Below the pieces are notes generated by a model. The model did not search any database and was not told the DNA's origin. It worked only from the letters and a program-made list of their open reading frames with translations. Shown piece after piece: positions 48,335 to 61,784 of a stretch of DNA of 64,000 bases. The stretch is from Mobula hypostoma (taxonomy: Eukaryota). The position numbers and the translations under genes were made by a program. The stretch's first letter is position 1, and every line of letters begins with the position of its first letter. The DNA is taken from assembly GCF_963921235.1 (NCBI RefSeq), contig NC_086097.1, forward strand, positions 159,404,001 through 159,468,000, given 5' to 3'.

Positions 48335-49650
48335 TAAGACAATATGACATAGGAGCAGAATTAGGCCACTTGGCCTTTCGAGTCTGCTCTGCTATTCAAT
48401 CATGGCTGATCCTTTTCTCCCCTCCTCAGCCCCAGTCCCCAGCCTTCTCCCCATAACCTTTTATGCCATGTCCATTGAAGCTCTGCCTTAAATGCACCCA
48501 ATGGGATGGCAGGTCTTTCATATGAAAAAAGACTGGATGAACTGGGCTTGTACTCGTTGGAATTTAGAAGATTGAGGGGGGATCTGATTGAAACGTATAA
48601 GATCCTAAAGGGATTGGACAGGCTAGATGCGGGAAGATTGTTCCCGATGTTGGGGAGGTCTAGAACGAGGGGTCACAGTTTGAGGATAGAGGGGAAGCCT
48701 TTTAGGACCGAGGTTAGGAAAAACTTCTTCACACAGAGAGTGGTGAATCTGTGGAATTCTCTGCCACAGCAAACTGTTGAGGCCAGTTCATTAGCTATGT
48801 TTAAAAGGAAGTTAGATATGGCCCTTGTGGCTACAGGGGTCAGGGGGTATGGAGGGAAGGCTGGGTTCTGAGTTGGATGATCAGCCATGATCATAATAAA
48901 TGGCGGTGCAGGCTCGAAGGGCCGAATGGCCTACTCCTGCACCTATTTTCTATGTTTCTATGTAATGACCTGGTCTCCACAGCTAAATTTAGTAAATTCC
49001 ACAAATTCACCACCATCTGCTTAAAGATATTTCTCTGCATCAGTTTTAAGTAGACACCACTCCATCCTGAGGCCCTCGTGTCTGGGACCCTCTTGTCCTA
49101 GACTCCCCCACCATGGGAAACATCCTTTCCACATCTACTGTGTGTATGCCTTTCAACATTTGAAAGGTTTCAATGAGATCCCCCCCTCATCCTTCTAAAT
49201 TCCAGCAAGTACAGAGCTATCAAATGTTTCTCATGTGATAACCCTGTCATTCCTGGAATGATCCCTGTCAATATCCTCTGGACCTTCTCCAATGCCAGCA
49301 CATCTTTTCTTAGCTGAAGAACCCAAAACTGTTAACAAAACTCGAGGCGAGGCTTCACCAGTGCCTTATAAAGCCTCAGCATCACATCCCTGCTCTTGTA
49401 TTCTAGAAATGAATGCTAACATTGCATTTGCCTTCCTCACTACTGACTCTACCTGCAAGTTAACCTTTGGAGTGTTCTGCACAAGGACTACCAAGTCTCC
49501 TTACATCTAAGATTTTTGGATTTTCTCCCCGTTTGGAAGTCAGTTAGCACATTTATTTCTACTACCAAATTGCATGTCTGTGCATTTTCCAACGTTATAT
49601 TTCCTTTGCCACTCTCTTGCCCATTCTCTTAATCTGTCTAAGTTCTTCTC
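48335..49650 (-). mobile_element. CR1 3' portion, interrupted by a younger CR1
   Basis: Colinear with 31800-32660 on both sides of 48504-48963. Confidence 0.9.
48504..48963 (+). mobile_element. Young 5'-truncated CR1
   Basis: Uninterrupted C-terminal ORF (LSYEKRLDELGLYSLEFRRLRGDLIETYK...FFTQRVVNLWNSLP), intact hairpin and (tttctatg)n tail, AATG duplicated at 48500-48503 / 48964-48967. Confidence 0.93.
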
Positions 49651-49829
49651 ATTTCCAGTGGCTAGTAAACCTACCAACCCCACAATTATTTAAAAAGTGG
49701 AAGGAAATTGGGAGCATCGAGGTTAATCCATATAGTTACACGGAAAACATGCATTCTCCTCTGAGATTGATCAGAGGTCGGGATCAAAACCAGTTCTCAG
49801 GAAATGTGAGGCAGAAGCTCTACCAGCTG

Positions 49830-50114
49830 AAAGTCAAAGAAACAGCAAATGCTGGACATCTGAAATAAAAATAGAAAATGCTGGAAATACTCAGAAAGTC
49901 AGGATGCATCTATGGAAAGTGAAACAGAGATAATGTTCAAGAAGAAAGCATCCTTGATGAAACTAAGTAAAACCAGCTCTATTAGCTGCACTGGACATCA
50001 GCCTGAAAAGCTGTTAATTCCTTTCCTCACACTGTTGCTGCTTGACTTGCTAAGTTTCTTCTACAGATTGTCTATTGCACCAGATTCCAGCATCTGCAGT
50101 CTCCTGTGTCTCTA
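49830..50114. mobile_element. Old head-to-head PLE-end remnant
   Basis: gcaaatgctggacatctg at left inverted against cagattccagcatctgcag at right. Confidence 0.7.
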
Positions 50115-50881
50115 TAGGCTGTGCCATTATGCCATCCTCAGTGTTTTTCTACAATTTCTAGGTGAGTCAGTCTCTGTTTAGGGTATTCAGTCTCTGTTAT
50201 CTTGCAGGGGATGCCTTAAACTCACAGTTGAGGACTTAAGCTAAACAAACTTTCTGATTAAAGGATTTCTTGCTTTAAAACTAAGAGGCTAAATTTAAGT
50301 GGATATGGAAGACCCCCCCCCCCCCAACTTCCTCCCACCCCATCCTGAAGAGCAAAGTCTCTGGTCACAGCTGATGTGAGGAAGATCCTACCCAGGGTCA
50401 ACCCAGATAAATCTGTGAGGAGTGATAATATATCTGGTCAGGTGCTGAGAGACATTGAAGCTCAGTTAAAAGAGGTTCTAACAGATATTTTCAACATCTC
50501 TCTGGAATAGTCCACTGTCCCCACAGGCATCAAGGCAGCCATCATATCCCGGTGCCAATGAGAGCCATGGTAACCTGCCTTAATGACTTCAGTCCAGTGG
50601 CACTGGTGTTGTCATAATGAAGTGCCTTTAGTGGCTGATTATGGATCACATTCAATCCCATCTTCCTGCTACATTGGACCCTTTCCAGTTCACTTATTGC
50701 TCCAATCGATACACTGAAAATGCCATAGCCTCTGCACTCAACTCCGGCCTAGTGCCTCATATGCCAGAATGCTGTTTATTGATCTCAGCCCGCTGATTAA
50801 TATTATCATCCCTCAGAAGCTGATGGGTAAACTGTCCTCATTGTGTCTGAATGTCTTTCTCTGTAACTGGACCTTGGACTT

Positions 50882-53800
50882 AGGCGATAATATGTAGGAG
50901 CAGAAGTAGGCCATTCAGCCGATCAGGTCTACTCTGCCATCCAGTCTTGGGCTGATCCAATTCTTCCAGTCATCCCTACTCCCATACCTTCACCCCATAC
51001 CTTTTGATGCCCTGGCTAATCAAGAAACTATCTAGCTCTGCCTTAAATACACCCAATGTCTTGGCCTCCACAGCCACTTGTGGCAACAAATTCCACAGAT
51101 TTACCACCCTCTGACTAAAGGACTTTCTCCATATCTCTGATCTAAATGGACGTCCTTCAATCTTGAAGTCATGCCCTCTTGTCCTAGAATCCCCTACCAC
51201 GGGAAATAACTTTGCCATATCTAATCTGTACAGGCCTTTTAACATTCGGAATGTTTCTATGAGATCCCTGCTCATTCTCCTGAACTCCAGAGAATACAGC
51301 CCAAGAACTGACAGATGGTCCTCGTATAGTAACCGTTTTATTCCTGGAAACATTCTTGTGAATCTTCTCTGAACCCTCTCCAATGTCAGTATATCCTTCC
51401 TACGATAAGGAGCCCAAAACTGCACACAATACTCCAAGTATGGTCTCAAAAGTGCCTTATAGAGCCTCAACATCACACCCCTGCTCTTATGTTCTATACC
51501 TCTAGAAATGAATGCCAACATTGCATTCGCCTTCTTCACAACCGACCTCAACCTGGAAGTTAACCTTTAGGGTATCTTGCACAAGGACTCCCAAGTCCCT
51601 TTGCACCTCTGCAGTTTGAATTCTCTCCCCATCTAAATAATAGTCTTCCCATTTATTTCTTCCACCAAAGTGCATGACCATACACTTTCCAACATTGTAT
51701 TTCATTTGCCACTTCTTTGCCCATTCCCCTGAACTATCTAAGTCCCACTGCAGACTCTCTGTTTCTACCCGCTTCTCATCCTATCTTTGTATCATCGGCA
51801 AATTTAGCCACAAATCCCTTAATATCGTAGTCCAAATCAATGACATATATCGTAAAAAGCAGCGGTCCCAACACCGACCCCTGTGGAACTCCACTGGCAA
51901 GCTGAAGCCAGACAGAGTAGAATCCCTTTATTCCCACTCTCTGTTTTTTTGCCTTCCAACCAATGCTCCACCCACGCTATTAACTTCCCTGTAATTCCAT
52001 GGGCTCTTATCTTGCTAAGCAGCCTCATGTGCAGCACCTTGTCAAATGCCTTCTGAATATCCATTTTCATTTTTAAATCTTTTTTATTAATTATTACTGA
52101 AGATCAACAAAAAACATTAAAGTAATCAAGTCAACATGTCAATATGTACAATGAGGAATTAAATTACCAAATAAATGATTAAAAAAGCTAAACAATATAT
52201 CAATAATAAGAAGAAAAATAAAGTGTTAAGAATATTTTTTTGGAAAAAAGAAAGAAGGGAAAAAAGAACCTCTATCAACTAAATAAAAAAATCCTACTAA
52301 CAAAACAAAAAACCCATTGGGAGCACAGCCGCGGAGCTATACACCATACAAGCTTCCATAAAAGAAAAACTTCAATCCGCCAACTGAAATCCATTTAAAC
52401 AAGAATCAGAAGGAAACCATCTTAATTAACTCAAATCAGATGATAGTAGCAGGCAAAAGAACCCCACCTTTACTCAAAGTCAAATCGAGGGTCAAAAGAT
52501 CAACTTCTGATTTTCTCCCAACTAAGACATAGAATCACCTGAGAGAACCGTCCTATCAAAGTGGGAGCAGAGGCATCTTTCCATTTCAATAAACTACCCC
52601 TTCTGGCCAAAAATGTAACAAATGCAATTACATGTTGGTCTGATATAGAAATTCCATGAATATATTGAGGGATTATGCTGAACAAAACTGTCAGTTTATT
52701 GGGTTGTAAATTAATTTTTAAAGCTTTAGAAATTGTAGAAAAAATAGATTTCCAAAACTGTTTCAATACAGAACACGACGAAAACATATGTATCAATGTA
52801 GCTGTCTCAGTTTTATATCTATCACACTGACCATCAACATTAGGAAACATTTTAGACAGTCTCTCCTTTGTCAAATAGTAACGATGTACAATTTTAAATT
52901 GAATTAAAGAGTGACTGGCACAAATTGAAGAAGAGTTAACCAACTTCAAAATTCACAACTAATCCTCTGTTATCGTCATGTTAAGCTCTCTTTTCCAATC
53001 CAATCTTGCTTAATCTTAAGTGAAGGGTAATTGTACTGTTGTAACAGTAAATTATAAATTTTCCCAATAAAACCTTTCACTAAAGGATTCATTTTTAAAA
53101 TAATGTCTAACAGGTCAGAATCCTGTATATATGGAAATATATGTATATATGAATATCCAAGTACACCACGTCTGCTACATCTCCTTTGTCTACCCTGCTT
53201 GTAATTTCCTCAAAGAAGTGCTGTAGCCTTATCAAGCAAGATTTTCCTTTCAGGAAACCATGCTGGCTTTGACCTATCTTGTCATGTACCTCCAGGTACT
53301 CTGTAATCTCATCCCTAATAATTGATTCCAACAACTTTCCAACCACTGTTGTCAGGCTAACAGGTCTATAGTTTCCTTTCTGCTGCCTCCCACCCTTCTG
53401 AAATAGCGGAGTAACATTTGCAATTTTCCAGTCATTCGGTACAATGCCAGAAACTATTGATTCCTGAAAAACCATTGTTAATGCCTCTGCAATCTCTCCA
53501 GCTACTCCCTTCAAAACCCAAGGGTGCATTCCATCAAATCCAAGAGATTTATCCACCCTAAGACCATTAAGCTTCCTGAGCATCTTCTCAGTCTTAATTT
53601 TTACTGCACATACTGTACTTCACTTCCCTGAGACTCTTGAATGTCTGGTATACTGCAGACGTCTTCCACTGTGAAGACTCATGCAAAATACGCATTCAGT
53701 TCCTGTGACATCTCTCATTACAATATCTCCAGTGTCATTTTGTATTGGTCCTATATCTACCCTCAACTCTCTTTTACCTTTTATTTACTTAAAATAACTT

Positions 53801-54868
53801 TTAGTATCTTCTTTGATATTAGTCACCAGCTTCCTTTCATAATTCATCTTTTCCTTCCTAATGACTTTCTTAGTTTCCTTTTGCAAGTTTTTAAAAGCTT
53901 CCCAATCCCCTATTTTCCCACTAGCTCTAGCTTCCTTGTATGCCCTCTCTTTTGCTTTTATTTTGGCCCTGACTTCACTTGTCAGCCACGGTAGTGTCCT
54001 TCTTCCCTTTGAAAATTTCTTCTTATTTGGAATATATCTGTCTTGCACCTCCCTCATTTTTCACAGAAACTCCAGCCATTGCTGCTGTACTGCCTTTTCT
54101 GCAAATATCCCTTTCCAGTCAACTTTGACCAGTTCCCCTCTCATGCCATTGTAATTTCATTTATTCCACTGAAATACCAACATATTGGATTTTAATTTTT
54201 CCCTCTCAAATTTCAATGTGAACTCAGTCATATTGTGATCACTGTTCCCTAAGGGTTCCTTAACCTTAAGCTCTCTTATCACCTCCGGATCATTCCACAA
54301 CACCCAATCCAACACAGCCGATCCCCTAGTGGACTCAACGACAAGCTGTTCTAAAAAGCCATCCCTTAGACATTCTACAAATTCTCTCTCTTGAGGTCCA
54401 GTACTGACCTGATTTTCCCAATCCACTTTCGTGTTAAAATCCCCAACAATTATCATGACATTGCCTTTCTGACGCGCCTTTTCTATCTCCTGCTGTAATT
54501 TGTAATCCATATCCCAGCTGCTGTTTGGAGGCCTGCATACAACTGCCATTATGGTCCTTTTACCCTTGCCATTTCTTAACTCAACCCATAGAGATTCTAC
54601 ACCTTCCAATCCTATGTCATCTCTTTCTAATGATTTAATATTATTTATTATACACAGGGCCACACCATTCCCCTCTGCCTACTAAACTATCTTTTTGTTA
54701 TACCGTATATCCTTGGATGTTCAGTTCCCAATGGCAGCCATCCTTTAGCCAATTTCACAGATGGCCACAACATCATATTTGCCAATCTATAGCTGAATTT
54801 CAAGATCGTCAATTTTACTGCTTATGCTGCATGCATTCAAATGTAACTCTTTCAGTCCAGTATTTATA
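50882..54868 (-). mobile_element. CR1 LINE, complete decayed ORF2, interrupted by L1
   Basis: APE (IVGDFN, SDHNM), RT (NYRPVSLT, QHGF, VYLDI|QKAFDKV), C-terminus and tail; same subfamily as 31788-36461. Confidence 0.96.
52064..53149 (-). mobile_element. 5'-truncated L1-clade LINE
   Basis: SICASHSLIQFKIVHRYY...CDR.K.E.ATLIHMF.SC..L..FW (zf-RVT), T-rich 3' UTR and A-rich tail; 10-bp TSD TGAATATCCA at 52054-52063 and 53150-53159. Confidence 0.92.
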
Positions 54869-56152
54869 ACTTCTTGACAGAAAGACCACCATCAGTCCAC
54901 ATTGGCAGCAAGATTTCTAGCTCCAGCACGCTAAGTACCGGCACTTCCAAGTCTGTGCTCTGAACCCACAGCTGTTCATGCTGATGCACAGCTACACTGC
55001 TAGACCCAGCTCAACCTGAATCATCGTTCACTGATGACACAACAGAGGCTGGCCTCATCAACAATGACAGTGAGACAGCATACAGAGTGACTTGTAGAAT
55101 GTTGCAAGCACAACAGCGTAAGTCTCAATGTGGACAAGACCAAAGAGATGATTGTGGAAGTTTCAGGCTGACCACCCCTCACTGCACATACTAAACAGTT
55201 CCCTTGTGAGAGAATTAGAAGCACCAAGTTTCTCTGAGTGCACATAGCAGGCGATCTCACCTGGTCCCTCAACATCACCTATTTAGTCAAGAAAGCACAG
55301 CAGTGTCTCCACTTCTGGACTTCAATGAGCAAGGTTCCTCCTCCCCCAATTTTAACAATTTTTACAGGAGGACAATTGAGAATGTCCTGGCCAGCTGCAT
55401 CACCATATGGTACAGGAATTGCAAGGCAGTCATCTGTAATACTCTACAAAAGATTACAAGGGCTGCTGAGACGGTCACTGGGGTCTCTCATTCACTCATC
55501 TGTGATATTTATCAGGAGACCTGCTTACACAGGGCCCTTAGCATTGTCAACGATTCCTCCCATCCATCTCACAAAATCTTTGACCCAGTACAATCAGGCA
55601 GAAGGTACCATAGCATCAGGACAAGTACTGCAAGTATGGGAAACAACTCCTACCTACAGGCCATGAGACTGCTGAACTCCCTACCACCCATTTATTATTC
55701 ATCATTTATGAAGCAGCAGTAGTGTTATTCTGTTCACTCTTTAAATTTGTGTCATTAATACACGTTATGCTAAATGTTAATCTTCTGGAATATATTTTAT
55801 TTTTTTGTTAATTTATCTGTGGTTATATTAATTTATGTGTTTTGTATGTCTTATATATACTCTGCTGTGCGATGTGGTCTTGGGGAACATTGTTTCGTTC
55901 GGCACTATACACTCGTACAATTTTTGACGATGAACTTGAACTTGACTTTGAACTTGATCCCAATGTAAAACCTACCCTCCAAACCTTGCACTTCCAACCA
56001 ATGTGCTGGAAGCTCCATTTAACATAAACTAAACTGCATATATTATATTTGAGTCTCCCTGATCTGCTACCAGATTTTTAAACTGCAAATAATCTTGCCT
56101 CATACATTTGAATTCATTGCGTTTTGGCCAAATATGGTGTTAAAGAGAAAAC

Positions 56153-56362
56153 ACACACAAAATGTGTATTAACTCAGCAGGGCAGACAGCATCTATGGAA
56201 GGAAGTAAACAGATTATATTTCCTGCTAGGACTCATCAGTCCATTTCATTTCATTACGATTAATTTTCCTCTATAGATTCTGCCTGACCTGTTGAGTTCC
56301 TCTACCATTTTGTGTGTGTTCTGCTTAAAATTTACAGCATCTGCAGAACCTCTGTGCCTCTA
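56153..56362. mobile_element. Head-to-head PLE-end remnant
   Basis: Inverted arms acacacacaaaatg...aactcagcagg / cctgttgagtt...cattttgtgtgtgt; TSD TTAAAG(A/G)GAAAAC at 56140-56152 and 56363-56375. Confidence 0.8.
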
Positions 56363-57599
56363 TTAAAGGGAAAACTCCAGTTAGTGAGATCTGACCTACT
56401 TTAGAGTTTCGTTTATCGTTACATAGATATCATTTACACGGGAGGTAATATTGGAGATTGGGTAACATCAATCAACTTTCAATCATTTTAAAGAAGAAGA
56501 TCCATTGTAAAACTAAATCTGCATGGACACCTAATTGTTTTCATAATTACCAGTGCATTCTCACAGATATAACAATAACTTTTCTCCCGAACTTCCTGCA
56601 ATGATTGCTACTACAAGTAGATAATGAACCACATTGTTAACATTAATTGTTGATTTAAATGAAGTTTGCTAAGCAAGCAGTTATTCCTGGATCCACACAG
56701 TTGGTACTAATTTAGTCTACAAATATTAACATCAAAGACACAGAGAAATTTATTTGCATAAATCTGAACTGCTCATAAATTTTAATTTCTTTTATTGTTT
56801 CTAGCCTGTGAGCAACTCAAAATATAAACTAACTGCAATGAGCAAGACTTACTTCCAACTGTAGTTCCTGTAGTGTGACATACAGGGCAGCATCCGTTCA
56901 TGAAATAGAGATGGAGTGGGTTCAGGGATGATTATGGGGTATTTGATAGTTTTAGAACACATCAGCTCTTTGAGGATTGAGTACTGCAAAAACTGTTATT
57001 TCACACAATAAATTGTGCTGATCTGCAATGGCCTGCTTATAAAGTTAGGAAGAAGCAGGAAATGTGGGTGTGAAGGTAGGAGGAATAGGAAAATGAGATT
57101 AGTTGAAAAAAACCTTCAAAGGGGTACCATAGGTACCAAGTGCCAAATAACCTCTTACATGTTGTACAACTATAAATTTCATTTCACTCCTTAACTCCTC
57201 TCTCTCGAAACAAACCTGGTTGCCTCTTTAACCAATAATGATGCATGGTCTGAGATACGAATGAAAAATGCTGGAAGCACTCAGTAGGTCAGGCACTTGC
57301 TGTGTACATGCTCAATCCATAATCACTACAAGAAGGGAGAAAAGGCCATTGGGTGGGTTTTTGCAAGTAAAATTAATTACAAGATACATGTAGGAATCGT
57401 CTATGATAAAATATTGCAGTTAGAAGCCTTGTCAAAACTGTTGCTAGATCTGCCCCACTTGCACATAACATGCAGCACCTCAGGTACACCATCTTCAAAC
57501 TTTAGATAGTGTGATAGATAACTTTTTCACCAAGGTTGACGGCTATTTCAATGTATTTGTAGCAGCCTACAAGAATTATCACCTGGGAATTAACTTATA

Positions 57600-57918
57600 T
57601 TTATCTAGGTTGCTTTTAAATATTGTTAATGTGCCTACCTCAACAAGTATTTCTGGCACCTCATTCCAAATACACATGAAGAAACTGTATGACAGTCTTT
57701 GTATTTTTGCATGAAGAAACTGTCCCTGATGTCCCTCATAAATCTCTTGCCCCTAATCTTAAACCTATGTCCTGTTGTTTTAGCACTCCCTCCCTGGAAA
57801 TTTATGCTTCTATCCTGTTTGGACCCCTTATGATCTTATAAACCAACTCAATCTGAGGTCACCCCTCTATCTCCTACATTCTAGGGAATAAAATCCCAGT
57901 CTACACAACCTCTCCTTG
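57600..57918 (-). mobile_element. Old CR1 3' fragment
   Basis: Reverse-complement similarity to 42625-42960. Confidence 0.7.
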
Positions 57919-57929
57919 AGGTGTACACC

Positions 57930-58395
57930 TCAGAAGTCAGTCTTCAGCCAGTATAATTCACTCCACATGACGCCAAGGATTGTCTGAGAGCAATGGATGT
58001 GGACAATATCCTAGCTGCAGTGCTGAAAACCTGCACTGTGTGAAATAGCCATGCCTCAACCTAACCTGTGCCTGCATATTTATAATAATGGTATCAACCA
58101 GACCATGAAAAAAATTGTTAGGTATGTGCTGGCATTAATTTCACAGACTTTCATCCAGACAGAAGAGTTAGCTCAGTAGATGCTTTTGCAGATAAGTGCA
58201 ATATACATCATTGATACCTTGTGGGAACAACATCAGAGTTCCTTGATACCTCATTTGGTCAAATGCTACCTTGATGTCAATGGTTATCACTCTCACCTCA
58301 CCTCTAGAATGCCAGTCATTAGCTCATTTTTGAATATAGGTGTGATGTGGTTTGGGATGTAGTGAACCTGACAAAATGCAAGCTGTGCGTTGGAG
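57930..58395. mobile_element. Ancient CR1/L2-group RT fragments (plus 57930-58130, minus 58250-58395)
   Basis: Plus: SLQPV*FTPHD...DNILAAVLKTC; minus: RGEVRVITIDIKVAFDQM. Confidence 0.65.
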
Positions 58396-59309
58396 GGTAG
58401 GTTCTGTTCAGAGTGATTGCATCTGTATTCATTCAGGTGAAAGATGAACAGTCTAGTAAACACCTAGCTTGACCCTGACTATCGTGGCGATGCTCTGAGG
58501 ACTGACACGCTGATCGTAGATTATCCAGCCCGACCGAAGGAGTCATACTTCCATTTAGCTGGTCCAGAGCTTCTGTTTCATTGTGACCCCAAAGGTACTA
58601 TGATTTGATCATGCAGAGATCTTGACATAGAAATTCTTCTGCACTATACCAGAAAATGCTGGCACTATGCAGGTGAAAATTGCATTTAAGTGGAATTAAC
58701 AATTTAGCATATTTTGGGAGATTTACTGCTAGTCATTAATATCATGCAGTTTTTTGATAGCTTAGTGATTTTTTTTGGCTTTTAGTCAACAATGGAGCAA
58801 TGCCCATCGTCCATTTCTGTTCTGAATCAGGACTAATGTTGTTATCTCGCAGTAACACTGAATGCTCAGACTGAATGTTATTAATTGGTCAGAAACACCT
58901 CTGATTGGTTACAGATTCAGTAATATGCAGCTCTGTCTATCAAATATGTAGTGCACCAATGTCAACCACCACACCCCAGAGCTTTCAGCAAATCTTCACC
59001 AAAATTAAGTGGTCATGAATGTCAGAACAAATTAGTTAATAAAAAAAAGGAATTAAAAATGCAGAGGAAAACACCACCTCCATCTCTCTTACACCACTGC
59101 AGTGAGGAACTAGTTATTATAAGGTCTTATAACAGCCCAGCCAGTGGTTGATGAGCTACGGGGGAATGTTGTCAAGGAATGGATGCTTTATACATTGATG
59201 GAATAGTTCTTTAGATGGATGGAAGAACCAACACAGATTTCTGCAAATATTCCTTATGCAAATAACACATCTGGCAGGAAGTTGTCACTTCAGGAAGTTC
59301 CCTCAGGCT

Positions 59310-59640
59310 CATGCAGCAAATAAACAGCCCTTTTGGTCCACTATGTCACTGCTGACCATCAATTGCCTGGTTAAACTAATTTCATTTTCTAATACTTTAT
59401 CCGTAACCTTCTGTCATGGCCTTTCAATTACTCCTTCCAAATTGCCTCCAGCACACCCTCAGGAAGTGTATCCAGTTTCCAACAACTATCTGGGTTTAAT
59501 TTTTTTTCTCTTCAAACATATTCTTAATCTCCTGCCTCTGACCTCACACTTCTAAACACCTCTGCCCGGGGGGAGGATTTCTCACTATCTACTCCATCCA
59601 TGCCTATGATAATATGATGACCTTCATGATCGCTTGCTCT
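59310..59640 (-). mobile_element. Very old CR1 3' fragment
   Basis: aaacagcccttttggtccac tail start and ctcactatctactccatccatgcc segment. Confidence 0.55.
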
Positions 59641-60809
59641 CAGGAAACCCTACATTGCACAAAATATTCCTTTCAGGATTGAAACTGGAAGTCGCATTTA
59701 TCAAGTATGACATGTGAACAGAAGCTCAAAATGGTCATTGCGGTCAGAACTCGGATGCTTCGCTGAACAGTTACCTAGTTTATCCAACGTAGTGCAGACT
59801 ATTTCACATGCACTAAATGCAGCAGTATTACATGGAGGAGTCAGTTGAGCTATTCTGGAACTGGTACAATCAAATTTAGGATTTTTTTTAAATAAAAAAG
59901 GACTTTAAAACATCATTCTGGAGATTGCACGGAAAAAGAAAATAGCATTACTGAATATCTTGAGTTTGAGTTACATTTTTACTGATCAAACCAACAATAT
60001 TTTGAATTGTGCATTTCACTTAGGCTTTTAGCTAGTTCAGTATAATTGGAAAATTGGCTCTACATGTGGAGCTGATTTCTGTTTCCATCGTCAGGTAGAG
60101 TATAAGGTAGTTAAAGATGCCACTCATAGCAATTTATGTACTATTTCTGTAGGATGAATAAGGTCTAATAAAAATCACTGGCCTGATATTTTGAAGGTTG
60201 GCAGGATTTTGAATTAGATCTGAGTTAAAATACCCATTGACAGTGTAGGATCTAATAATTAAAACTGAATACATTCATTCTGGTTTATTCTTCAGCATAT
60301 GACTCATATTCAAATGCCAAAGATATGTTTTTTAATCACAACCAACCTTTGCTTTGTAAATAATTCAGCATCATCTGTTTGTGTGATCAGAATTGATTTA
60401 TGGCATGGTACAATAGTTAATTGTCCTCCATTTAATTTATCATCTTCTCCTGGCTGATCAGAGTTTGATAGGTAATTAATTTCAAATCCTGAACCTTCAT
60501 TTACTGTCCCCCCATGAGAACAGGATTGTGTTTGTTGTTTGGGACAGAACAAAGTTGTCTGACCGATTGCTTTAACTTAAATTATTCCATAAGTGAAAGT
60601 GCAATTTTTGAGCTTTAACCCATGATTTTCAGCGTTCACAATACTAATGAAATGTTAGTTCCTGTATTGGCAAATTGTGACATAACTTTGTATTTACTGA
60701 TATAAGAGAAGGGTGAAATAAAAAGAAATAATCTAAAGCAAGACAGACAACAATGGAAGCAATATAAAATGATGAATAGAAGTTCAAATTGAATAGTGGA
60801 AAATAACAA

Positions 60810-61125
60810 CTGTGTTGGCAGAGGGGCAATGTTACAGCTTAAGGAATGCACCTCCAATCATGACCTCCAGTTACATCAGTATGGAGTTATATGTCCTTCC
60901 ATAAACACCTGGGTTTCCCCCATTTCCTACACTTTGCTCCAACATCCCAAAGATGCATGGGTTGTTTTATTTAATTGGCCACTATAAAATGTCCCTTTTA
61001 TATTGGTGAATCAGCAAACCTTGTGGGAGCTGACAAGAATACTGAGTGACAGGATAGGTTAGTCGGTAACTGTAAGCTTGCATGGAGTCAACAGACTGAA
61101 TGGAATTCTTCTAAGGTGTAAAGAA
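60810..61125 (+). mobile_element. V-SINE (HE1-like), decayed
   Basis: gtatggagtt...ctgggtttccccc...ctccaacatcccaaagatg...ttaattggccactataaaatgtcc core. Confidence 0.7.
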
Positions 61126-61784
61126 ATTTAGCAGTCAAGTATGGTTTTGAATGTTATAGACTGCAGAATGTCAGTAGGTATGTCATAATCACAAAGTTAC
61201 TTCTAGTTTAAATCTTACTAAAGAACTTTAATCTTTAATACTTTCCAAACACAAACATAATTATTCAAAACACAAGTATTTTGTTAAATGAAAAATCGTT
61301 TGTCCCTCAGGTCAGATAAACAAAATACTGTAGCAAATAGCATTAACCAACATCAAATCCAATCCAATAAATTATTCCATTATAAACACCACTGTCCATA
61401 CTAAAGATCTCAACTGACTCACTGTATCTTGGTAACCAAGGCAATGCTGCTGGCCAATGTGAACATCTGTGTGCGACTGAGTCATGCAGACTGCAACATG
61501 GATACCCAAAACTGATTGAAATTATTACTTATTTTCAATGCATTTACCTGGGCTTTGCTTCATTAAAAGATCAAGATTTAATGATGGTTGTGAAAAGGCC
61601 ATTTAACCCATCAAAATATCCTTGCAAAGAGACCCATGGTAACCTCATTATAGCATCAGAAGAATTTTTGAAAACCTGCTTTACACTTTCTGGATTTTGT
61701 TCAGTTGCATTAAGTACTTCCTAACATTAGTCCTGTTTTTTTATACAGAAAGTACAAACTCATATTGCTCATGTCAACAAGATA

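Larger units (their letters stand above)
48205..50138 (-). mobile_element. V-SINE split into three pieces (48205-48330, 49655-49829, 50115-50138) by CR1 and PLE insertions
   Basis: Tail, V-domain and tRNA-head pieces are colinear with 27090-27330 once the insertions are removed. Confidence 0.65.
50345..55960 (+). mobile_element. Decayed Rex1/Babar ORF and tail, interrupted by CR1 (50882-54868)
   Basis: VLTDIFNISL, TCLNDFSPVAL, LDPFQFTY, YARMLFID, CNWTLD | FLTER resumes ~54870, FTDDTT, FYRRTIENVLASCITIWY, (aacttg)n tail. Confidence 0.88.
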
